DNA of 10,202 nt, from positions 1 through 10,202 of the forward strand of contig JAUWKK010000070.1 of the NCBI GenBank assembly GCA_030614245.1, written 5' to 3'. The notes below the pieces were generated by a model. That model was not told the origin of the DNA. It ran no database searches and was given only the letters and a program-made list of their open reading frames with translations. Shown piece after piece: positions 1 to 7,375 of this stretch (position 1 is the first letter of the stretch; every line of letters begins with the position of its first letter). The translations under genes were made by a program, and so were the position numbers. The stretch comes from Planctomycetota bacterium. GTDB taxonomy: Bacteria; Planctomycetota; PUPC01; JABMSA01; JAUWKK01.

Positions 1-63
1 ATACTTACAGATAGCGGTAGGGGGTTCTGCTCACAGTCAGACACAGCACAAGGGGAAAATCCA

Positions 64-1665
64 ATGAAGCTCGGAAAACATCTCTTCGTGGCGATAGCAG
101 TGGTTCTTCTCGTCGGCGGCATTGCCCTTGCCGGCAAGACGATCTACGTCGATGATGTGACCGATCCGCAGGAGGACGGCACTGAGGCCCACCCCTTCGA
201 TGCGATCCAAGAAGGCATTGACGCTGCCTCCAACGGCGATATCGTTGTCGTGAAGGACGGCATATACACAGGCGATGGGAATCGGGACATTGATTTCAGG
301 GGCAAGGCAATCATCCTAATGTCGGAGAACGGCCCGGAGAATTGTGTTATCGACTGCGAGGGGACGGAGGAAGAGCCGCATCGCGGGCTCTATTTCCACA
401 GCGGAGAAGATGACACCTCAATTCTCGATGGCTTCACAATCACGAATGGCCTAGCAGAGCATGGCGGCGGCATCTACTGCTATGAATCCTCGCCGATGAT
501 TGCGAATAACACGATCATTGCCAACACGGGGTTCTGCGGCGGAGGCATCAACTGCTATGGGGCTTCGCCAGTGATCACCGGAAACACAATAGTCGGTAAC
601 ACCGCGTCACTTGGCGGTGCCATTTCCTTGGACTACGGCTTTTCACCAACGATAACAAATTCCACTGTCGCCGAGAACTCGGCACTATTAGGTGGCGGCG
701 TGTTCAGTGAAGGCCGCCCTGACCATGCTTCCAGGTTCCTAATCACGAATTGCATCATATGGGGTAACACGGCGCCTGTCGGCCCTCAGTTCCGCCTCCT
801 AAACAACAGCACAATGGCCATCAGCTTCAGCGACATAGCCGGCGGTCAGGGCGGCTGGGACTCTGTTCTCACCTGGGGCGACGGCAACATCGATGCCGAT
901 CCGCTCTTCGCCGACCCCGACAACGGCGACTACCACTTGAAGTCCGCCGGAGGGCGCTGGGACCCCGCGGTCGAGGAATGGGTTGCCGACGGCACACACA
1001 GCCCCTGCATAGACGCTGGCGACACGGCAGGTGACTACTCGAATGAGCCTGAGCCGAACGGTGGGCGGATCAACATGGGCGCATACGGCGGAACGGCGAC
1101 GGCGTCTAAGTCTCCACCGGAATACCTCCCGGTCGACCTGCTCATCAAGGCGGACAGCGAGAACAACGCTGCATACGCTCAGAACGACGTATACTACCCC
1201 GCGCCGGCGGGCGAGCAGATTGAGACGCAGACAGTGAGAGACGGCGGCGCTGCCGTGTATCAGATCAAGGTCGAGAATGACAGTCCCGTTGACTGGTCAT
1301 TCTTCGTGCGGGGCGGCAAGGGCAGCGACGCCGGATGGTCTGTGGGCTACCTGGTCGGCCCGAAGAGCATAACGTCGGCGATCACCGGGCCGGATGGCTA
1401 CGTGACCGGCCTTCTTGCTCCAGGAGAAAGCCAAGTCATCACTCTGGTAATGACACCAACGAACTACGCGGCTGTCGGCACGAGCGAGAGCGTGACAGTC
1501 GAGGTCTTCCAGGACAGCACAGACCCCACCGTCCGCGATTCCGTGGAAGCCGTCGCTGAGAAGCTGATGCCGCTCTATGGCGACGTGAACGGCGACAACT
1601 GCGTGAACGTCATGGACCTGCTCGGCGTCCGCGCCCACTTGGGTCAAGGGAGCGGCTGCCCGTAG
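64..1665 (+). CDS. Secreted right-handed parallel beta-helix repeat protein (pectate-lyase-fold, PbH1 repeats) with a C-terminal beta-sandwich and single dockerin-like repeat
   Basis: 533-aa ORF. An AAGGGGA SD precedes the ATG. N-terminal signal peptide MKLGKHLFVAIAVVLLVGGIALA. N-domain motif DPQEDGTEAHPFDAIQEGIDAASNGDIVVVKDGIYTG typical of beta-helix proteins. Repeated NxT(I/V)xxN units (IANNTIIANTG, ITGNTIVGNTA, ITNSTVAENSA, ITNCIIWGNTA). Canonical tail GNIDADPLFADPDNGDYHL...CIDAGD...EPNGGRINMGAYGG. Then a ~120-aa beta-sandwich and GDVNGDNCVNVMDLLGV, an EF-hand-like dockerin repeat. Confidence 0.85.
   Translation: MKLGKHLFVAIAVVLLVGGIALAGKTIYVDDVTDPQEDGTEAHPFDAIQEGIDAASNGDIVVVKDGIYTGDGNRDIDFRGKAIILMSENGPENCVIDCEGTEEEPHRGLYFHSGEDDTSILDGFTITNGLAEHGGGIYCYESSPMIANNTIIANTGFCGGGINCYGASPVITGNTIVGNTASLGGAISLDYGFSPTITNSTVAENSALLGGGVFSEGRPDHASRFLITNCIIWGNTAPVGPQFRLLNNSTMAISFSDIAGGQGGWDSVLTWGDGNIDADPLFADPDNGDYHLKSAGGRWDPAVEEWVADGTHSPCIDAGDTAGDYSNEPEPNGGRINMGAYGGTATASKSPPEYLPVDLLIKADSENNAAYAQNDVYYPAPAGEQIETQTVRDGGAAVYQIKVENDSPVDWSFFVRGGKGSDAGWSVGYLVGPKSITSAITGPDGYVTGLLAPGESQVITLVMTPTNYAAVGTSESVTVEVFQDSTDPTVRDSVEAVAEKLMPLYGDVNGDNCVNVMDLLGVRAHLGQGSGCP
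1126..1665 (+). repeat. Left arm of a ~540-bp inverted repeat (shared C-terminal module coding sequence; partner 8252..8788 on minus)
   Basis: The 179-aa C-terminal module LPVDLLIKADSEN...GDVNGDNCVNVMDLLGVRAHLGQGSGCP is ~78% identical to the C-terminus of the minus-strand protein. Nucleotide identity is visibly high (about 80-85%), especially in the last ~150 bp. Confidence 0.8.
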
Positions 1666-1763
1666 AGCCACTCCTTCCGCCGCCGCTCTCGTCATGCTAT
1701 GATTCTTTCGCCGGGAGCCAGCAACGGAACCGTGCACCTCCTTCCCGCGCGGTCCCGTGCCAC

Positions 1764-1787
1764 AGCCGGCTCCCGGCTCTTATTACT
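1764..1787 (+). terminator. Weak candidate intrinsic terminator after the beta-helix gene (AGCCGG-ctc-CCGGCT then CTTATTACT)
   Basis: 6-bp GC stem, 3-nt loop, followed by a short U-rich run. Lies ~100 nt after the stop at 1665. Confidence 0.25.
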
Positions 1788-2726
1788 GGCCCTAAGCACA
1801 CGATACGTTGGAGATCATTCCGGTTCCGCTGCAAACGTTGACACAACCGCCCCCATCCCCCCCAGGCCGAATCCGTCTCTTTGCACCCTCGAATCCGCCG
1901 AATCCCGCCGTTTTCACGATCCTGGAGCCGTACTCAGTACGCTATCCGGCATGTCTGGGCGACGTGTTTAAGACAGTGTTTGTCTTCGCGAGCATGCCAA
2001 CAGCAGCATCACGGCCCCCGCGCGCCCCGAATCGACCACGTACCCCGATGTTAACCACCCTTCCCTCCAGCACGTAACTCTCTGTATAGCAAGCGCTTAT
2101 GCCGTCCCTCACAGCCGCACCTCCGGCAGGAAATCGGCAAGGAATCGTCTGAAAACCCATTGTGAATCTGGGGAGCGCCGTCCCGTTGGTGTTTTTGTCA
2201 GGCAGAAAGATATTTTCGCCGCGAACGCGCTCCATCACCACGCAGCCAGCGGCTGGATTCGCTGCTATGTTGCCATAATAAGCAACTCCTTTCATGCGGC
2301 GAAGGGGACTCAGCCATGAAAGGCCCTAACTCCCCTGCCTTTCCACCGCATAATCCGGCCCCCGCAGCTCTTCCAGCGTGTGCAATCGCCCCCAGTGAGG
2401 AGCCTTTTCGGTCTCCGGGCGTCTCTTCATTCTCTCGGCATCACTTGCCATTAAATCCGTTGACTTGTGAGGCAATTCAGGGGCGCGCGAGCTGGCTAAT
2501 CACCGCCGTTCAGGCTATTCTTGCGCGTCTGTCTCTCGGCAATGAGTCGAGCCTGTCGTCGCTGTAAGCTCGTTGTTGACATGCAAGTCAATTCTTGCGG
2601 AAAGGAACTTCGCGCAGCCCCGCATAACAGATACTCCTGATATTCCGCGCGCAAGATAATAGTACCCAGAGACACATAAAGTGTCAAGTTCACGCGAAGG
2701 GAGCCCGAAAAGTGCCAATCAGGCCA

Positions 2727-2755
2727 TTGACAAAGCGCTCATGATGGTGTAGACT
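2727..2755 (+). promoter_or_regulatory. Candidate sigma70-like promoter, TTGACA-17 nt-TAGACT (preceded by GGTG), driving the nuclease gene
   Basis: TTGACA at 2727..2732, a 17-nt spacer, then GGTGTAGACT at 2746..2755. Sits in an AT-richer stretch ~80 nt upstream of ATG 2836. The same -10 decamer recurs at 3945..3954. Confidence 0.4.
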
Positions 2756-2835
2756 TAGCGTGAAACCTAATGCAGGTGAGAAGATGCTTTTATATGGCTA
2801 TACCCTAACTTAACACCACAGCAAGGGTGTCCCGG

Positions 2836-3647
2836 ATGGACTCGATCATCAACAACTTCCGTGAACTGATCGATCGCGACGACGTGACCGAACCCGAAAT
2901 CCAAACGTTCATGGAGAAACACTCTGAAATCATCCCTGTACCCTACTTGCTTGGCCATGATCTACTTTGGAACGCCGTCATATCGAAATTCGTGCTCGAT
3001 CGAGACAAAATTCCGGATTTCGCCTTCTTGACAAAGAACTCTGCGCATTGGCGACTTGTTCTCATCGAATTGGAACGCCCGCAAAAGCGGCTCTTCGTTG
3101 AAAACCCGTATGTGGACTTTCACAGCAACACACGTTCCGCAATTGCCAAATCGAGGACTGGAAATCGTTCCTTGAACACGGGATAGAAGACGTCCGCAAG
3201 AGATTACTTCCGCTGATGCGGCCTTTCAATTTCTGCCAGCGCCCCATTGAGGTGAAACATCTCTTGATTATTGGTCGAAACCCACAAGGCAAGTACGCTG
3301 CCGGCGAGTCTGGTCGCATCAAACGTCTGGCCGAAGAGACGAACATCCAGCTTTGTACGTACGATTCACTCCTCAGAATGGGGCTACACTATCGCGTCGG
3401 CCACAGAAAGAACGTTTTGGCTCATCACCGAGAAAGGTATCGCTTCAAGTACGTGCACACACCTGATACGAACATCTTCGCATGGTGCGGTCCGGGCGAA
3501 ATCAGTGTCACAGAAGATCAACTTCGATGGTTTGAAAGTCAAGGATTCGATATGAAGTCTTGGTCCAAAGGCGAACACCTGGTGACCAATGGAAAACTCC
3601 CTGATAGTCGGTTCGATGAAACGCTACGAGATGCGTTTACGTCGTGA
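2836..3647 (+). pseudogene. Shedu-like DUF4263 PD-(D/E)xK nuclease-family gene interrupted by a -1 frameshift near 3145..3150; ORF parts are 2827/2836..3186 and 3102/3216..3647
   Basis: AAGGGTG SD 6 nt before ATG 2836 (an alternative GTG lies at 2827). Frame A ends ...PYVDFHSNTRSAIAKSRTGNRSLNTG*. Frame B is open from 3102 and reads RNCQIEDWKSFLEHGIEDVRKRLL... Re-reading one base at 3147 gives a continuous 270-aa protein, ...SAIAQIEDWKSFLE... Motifs consistent with DUF4263 are EIQTFMEKHSEIIP, IPDFAFL, LVLIELERPQKRLF, AIAQIEDW, HLLIIGRN and IQLCTYDSLL. GC is about 47% against ~62% in neighbouring genes. Confidence 0.55.
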
Positions 3648-3867
3648 GATTCAAGCATGCCAGATAGCAGAACGGTCAGCCGTGCAATCATCAGCCCCAT
3701 CCACCCTCACAGCAGCTCGAGACGCAGGGAGACGCTCGTGCTGGGTAGTTCGCGGATTCTGAGGGGCAGAGCACCTACAGCTACGACGACGCTATTATCA
3801 TGTCGGACTGCCAGTCGCAGACATCAACGAGCCGTTTGGTATTGGGTACACAACATCCTCAGGCATG

Positions 3868-3894
3868 GCCCGCCTGCCTCAGGCAGGGGCGGGC
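3868..3894 (+). terminator. GC-rich hairpin (GCCCGCCTGCC-tca-GGCAGG(gg)CGGGC) in the nuclease-SPFH intergenic region; possible terminator or attenuator
   Basis: About an 11-bp stem with a 2-nt bulge. It is ~220 nt downstream of the nuclease stop. The U-tract is poor and displaced (CATTCTTTCCCCTT ~15 nt later), so terminator function is uncertain. Confidence 0.2.
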
Positions 3895-3925
3895 GGGTAT
3901 GGAGGGCCTTCCCCATTCTTTCCCC

Positions 3926-3954
3926 TTGATTACGTTGTGCGCCCGGTGTAGACT
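3926..3954 (+). promoter_or_regulatory. Candidate promoter TTGATT-17 nt-TAGACT (preceded by GGTG) for the SPFH operon
   Basis: TTGATT at 3926..3931, a 17-nt spacer, then CGGTGTAGACT at 3944..3954. Lies ~70 nt upstream of ATG 4028. Same architecture and -10 decamer as the element at 2727..2755. Confidence 0.4.
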
Positions 3955-4027
3955 CTTCGGTGGACACTGAGGGGCAACTGCCGCGATTGCGGTCACCATT
4001 TCGTTTTCTTCATAAAGGAGTACGGCG

Positions 4028-5619
4028 ATGCGATTGTTTCAGATGAACCTGGACCACGACGTCCTGAAGCAGGTTGCGATGGGCCTGATCTTGCTTGTAG
4101 TGATCGTGCCGATCCTGTTTGTGTGGTATGGGTGCAGAATCGAAGTGCCCGAAGGCCACTTCGTACCGCTGATGCGAAAGACCGGCGAGGACATCACAAA
4201 CCAGATGATCGTTGCCGATACACCCGATTTCAAGGGCCCTCAGTCGGAGCCTCTGAAAGAGGGGCGGCACTTCAAGAACCCATACTCATGGTGGTGGCCC
4301 AAGCCGCTCCAGGCGACCATCATCCCCAATGGCATGGTCGGCGTGAAGGTGCGCAAATACGGCAATCCGCTGCCGACGGGCCAGGTCGTCGCAAGGAAAG
4401 ACGACGAGAAAGGCATCCTCAAAGACCCCATCATGCCTGGCCGCTACTACATCAACACGTGGGCCTACGCCGTCGAAGAGCACCCGATGGTCAAGATCGA
4501 GCCGGGCTTCATGGGTATCGTCACGCTAATGGTCGGCAAAACGCCCGCCAACCCGAACGTGTTCGTTGTGCAGGAAGGCGAACGAGGCACACAGTCGTCT
4601 CTGCTGCCTCCCGGCACTCATCCGAGTTACTCGAACCCCCACGTTCACATGGTAACACCCATCGACGTTCGCTCGCAGAAGTTCGAGATGGCCGGCCAGA
4701 ACGGCGTCACGTTCCCCTCCGAGGACGGCTTCGATATCGAGGTAGAAGGCATCATCGAATGGGCGCCCGACATCAAGAAATTGCCCCAGCTGTTCGTCAA
4801 ATACGTCGACGAAAAAGACCTGAAAGTCTCCGGCGGCATCGACAACATTCAGCGCAAGCTCATCCTCACACACGCGCGCTCCTTCACCCGCACGATAGGC
4901 GGCCAGCACAAGGCCGTCGATTACATCCCCGGCAGCACGAGGATAAGGGTCCAGACCGAGGTCGAGCGGCGCCTGCGCGAGGCCTGCGCGGACGAAGGTC
5001 TCCTCGTGAAGTCGTTCGTCATCCGCTCGGCGAAGCCGCCTGCACAGATCAAACAGCAGTATGAGCGCCGCGAGATGGCCCACCGCCAGACGGATCGCTT
5101 CGATAAGGAGATCGAGAGGGAGATCGGTTCAGTCGTCCTCGAAGACGCCAAGCCGAAACTCGACGCAGAAGGCAAGCCGATCCGCGAGGGTGGCCGCATA
5201 GCGCAGACCATCCAGGAGCGCATGAAGGACAGAGAAAAGAAGCTCGGAAGATCCGCGAGGATATCGCCGTCCATATCCGCGCCGCCGAGCAGTACAGCAA
5301 AGTAATGGTCACACAGGCCGAGCGCGAGCACGAGGTGGCGAAGATATCCCTCGATGCCGCCAAGGACAAAGCGGCCAAGATACTCGCCGAGGGCAAGGCC
5401 GAGGCCGCCGTCACCGTGATGAAACACACCGCCGAGGCACAGGCAGTGAAGGCGAAGATCGCCGCTTTCGGCACCGGCGAGCTATACGCCGAATACAAAC
5501 TCATCCAGAAGCTCGCACCAAGCGTCCAGCGAATCCTGGCCAACACCGACGGCCCGTTCGCCGATCTCTTCCGCCGCTTCGTAGGAACTCCGAAGGCCAA
5601 ACCCAAAGCAACAAAGTGA
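4028..5619 (+). CDS. Flotillin-like SPFH/band-7 membrane protein (paralog 1), frame interrupted by a 1-nt deletion in an A-run near 5236..5241; ORF parts are 4028..5305 and 5305..5619
   Basis: AAAGGAG SD 7 nt upstream of the ATG. N-terminal TM helix VAMGLILLVVIVPILFVWYG. Flotillin-type N-region with GRHFKNPY. SPFH core ...IRVQTEVERRLREACADEGLLVKSFVIRSAKPPAQIKQQYERREMA. Frame 1 decays into low-complexity KKLGRSARISPSISAPPSSTAK*. The -1 frame continues as the expected EA-rich coiled coil EARKIREDIAVHIRAAEQYSKVMVTQAEREHEVAKISLDAAKDKAAKILAEGKAEAAVTV... to 5619. Total length 1592 nt = 3n+2, so one inserted base restores about 530 aa. Confidence 0.65.
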
Positions 5620-5662
5620 CCCAACACCCCCCAAACCAGACGTAAGACGGAGGACCCGACAG

Positions 5663-7183
5663 ATGAACATGAAGAAAATTATTCTTGCCGCACTGCTGCT
5701 CGCCGCCGTGATCTTTGGCCTGTACCAGTTTGTCAGGTGGACAGTGTTCCATCAATGGTGCAGCCACGGCGAGTCGCTGCAGGTATACCGGAAGACCGGC
5801 GCCGCCGCCGGAAAAGACTCCTATGCGGGAGAGGGCGAACAAGGCGTGCAGGAGCAGATGGGCGGACCCGGACGCCATTTCTACAATCCCTATATCTACA
5901 ATGTGACCCGCGTGAAGAACATCTATGTTCAGCCCGGCCAGATATGTTTGGTGAGGAACAACATAGGCACAGACCTGACCTCGGGCCTCTTCCTGGCGGG
6001 CCCCGGCCAGAAGGGTACGCAGAAGAAGGTCCTCACGCCCGGCGTCTGGCGCATCAACACCTTCGGCCAAGAGGTGCAGAGGGCCATGGCTGCCAAGATC
6101 ATCAAGCCCGGCTACGTCGGCGTGCAGACCCTGCGCGCCAAGAGCGAGGGCAAGGAGAAGGGGGTCCAGGAAGCCGTCCTGCAGTCCGGATACTACAACA
6201 ACAATCCCGTCGAGATACGTATCGACGACGTGGAGATCGGCTACAAGGTGCTTGATATAGCCGTCAAATATGTGGCCGGCAAGGCCGGGGAGCAGATCGT
6301 CATGAAAGGCAGCGGCGTATCCTTCCCACTCGCAGACGGCACACAGATGCCCCTCGACTTCACTGTCGTGTGGGGCATCTTCCCGGAAGACGCTCCCCGC
6401 ATAATTCGAGAATACGGAACCGTCGACATGGTCGAGGCGAAGATCATCGAGCCGCAGGTGCTCAGCATCTGCAAGAATGCCGGTTCGAACCTCACCACCC
6501 AGGAGTTCATCGCGGGAGCGACCCGCGAGCGCTTCCAGGAGGACGTCACCGACGCTCTCAAGGCGATGGGCAAGCAGAAGGGCATCCACTTCCTAATCGC
6601 GCTCGTCCGCGGCTTCCACCCCGACCAGAACATCAAGGAGGCGATCCAGGCACGAATGCTCGCCGAGGAGGAGAAACTCACGCTCAAGTTCGAGCAGGAA
6701 CGTGACACAGTGGCCGCCCGCCTGGAAATGGCCGAGCGCATGGTGGACATCGCGATCAAGGACTTCGACGCCGAAACCGAATCCATCGTGCAGGAAGAGA
6801 TGGAGAGAGGCAAGAAGAAGGCGGCCGAAACCAAGGCGCAGGCCGACCGCAAGGTCGCTCAGATCGAGAGGCAGGTGGCCGAGATCGACGCTGAGATCCT
6901 GCAGATCATCGGCCGCGCCGAGGCCGACGCCATCGAGCTGCGCCAGAAGGCCGAAGCCACGCGCTTCCAACTGCTCGTAAAAGCCTTCGGCAGCCCCGAG
7001 GCGTTCAACCTGGCAAAGTTCGCCGAGAGCCTGCCCGACGACATGCACCTCGAATACCGATACGCCGGCCCCGGCACCCTCTGGACCGACCCGCGGCCCG
7101 CAGCCCAGAAGAACACGCCCGACATGCAAGACCTCGCGGCCAAGCAGATACTACAGGGCAGCACCGAAGAGAAGAAGGAGTAG
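5663..7183 (+). CDS. Flotillin-like SPFH/band-7 membrane protein (paralog 2), intact
   Basis: 506-aa ORF. GGAGG SD 9 nt upstream, 43 bp after paralog 1, so an operon. TM helix IILAALLLAAVIFGLYQFV. Shared motif GRHFYNPY. SPFH core, then a long E/A/K/R-rich coiled coil (AEEEKLTLKFEQERDTVAARLEMAERM...AETKAQADRKVAQIERQVAEIDAEILQIIGRAEADAIELRQKAEA). Confidence 0.85.
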   Translation: MNMKKIILAALLLAAVIFGLYQFVRWTVFHQWCSHGESLQVYRKTGAAAGKDSYAGEGEQGVQEQMGGPGRHFYNPYIYNVTRVKNIYVQPGQICLVRNNIGTDLTSGLFLAGPGQKGTQKKVLTPGVWRINTFGQEVQRAMAAKIIKPGYVGVQTLRAKSEGKEKGVQEAVLQSGYYNNNPVEIRIDDVEIGYKVLDIAVKYVAGKAGEQIVMKGSGVSFPLADGTQMPLDFTVVWGIFPEDAPRIIREYGTVDMVEAKIIEPQVLSICKNAGSNLTTQEFIAGATRERFQEDVTDALKAMGKQKGIHFLIALVRGFHPDQNIKEAIQARMLAEEEKLTLKFEQERDTVAARLEMAERMVDIAIKDFDAETESIVQEEMERGKKKAAETKAQADRKVAQIERQVAEIDAEILQIIGRAEADAIELRQKAEATRFQLLVKAFGSPEAFNLAKFAESLPDDMHLEYRYAGPGTLWTDPRPAAQKNTPDMQDLAAKQILQGSTEEKKE

Positions 7184-7184
7184 A

Positions 7185-7207
7185 CGCGCACGTGCGCGCC
7201 GGCGCAC
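7185..7207. repeat. GC palindrome CGCGCACGTGCGCG overlapping a hairpin GTGCGC-gccg-GCGCAC, immediately after the SPFH2 stop codon
   Basis: Perfect 14-nt palindrome at 7185..7198 with an ACGT centre. It overlaps a second 6-bp stem-loop at 7192..7207. No U-tract follows. Confidence 0.5.
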
Positions 7208-7375
7208 AGATCGATGGTCAGCCCCCCGGCCATCTGCTCCCACCCACCCAATTGCTCCTCGGCTACGTGCTCCCGGGCGCATTCATGACGAGGCTCGGGA
7301 TTCTCTTCAACGCCGCCGGCCCTGCCGGCAATTTCGCCTGGCTCCTACCACAGCCGCGATTCCGTTGCCCTGACT

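Noticed and set aside
1297-1737. 146-aa minus-strand ORF, and its look-alike 8051..8629 (+, 192 aa), sharing a conserved peptide (VGADAEQVHD.HAV.A..VAIERH.LLSDG.HGIAD)
   Set aside because: They are the antisense reading frames of the duplicated C-terminal module (the inverted repeat 1126..1665 and 8252..8788). Their mutual similarity merely mirrors the real coding strand. Their composition is Arg/Ala/His-rich, as expected of an out-of-frame GC-rich translation.
3657-3929. 90-aa ORF (+) in the nuclease-SPFH intergenic region
   Set aside because: Ser/Arg/Thr-rich low-complexity translation, no RBS. The interval is better explained by a GC hairpin and the downstream promoter-like element.
4123-5064. 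313-aa Arg-rich ORF (+) and several long minus-strand ORFs (4526..5083, 5049..5627, 5501..6589, 6241..6852, 6593..7129) overlapping the SPFH genes
   Set aside because: These are alternative or antisense frames of clearly coding GC-rich genes. They have extreme R/A/G/H composition, no RBS, and no domain-like patterns.
3140-5245. Programmed -1 ribosomal frameshifting as the explanation for the two split genes
   Set aside because: Neither site has a canonical X_XXY_YYZ slippery heptamer or a downstream pseudoknot or hairpin at the right distance. Both sit in short A homopolymers typical of indel errors.
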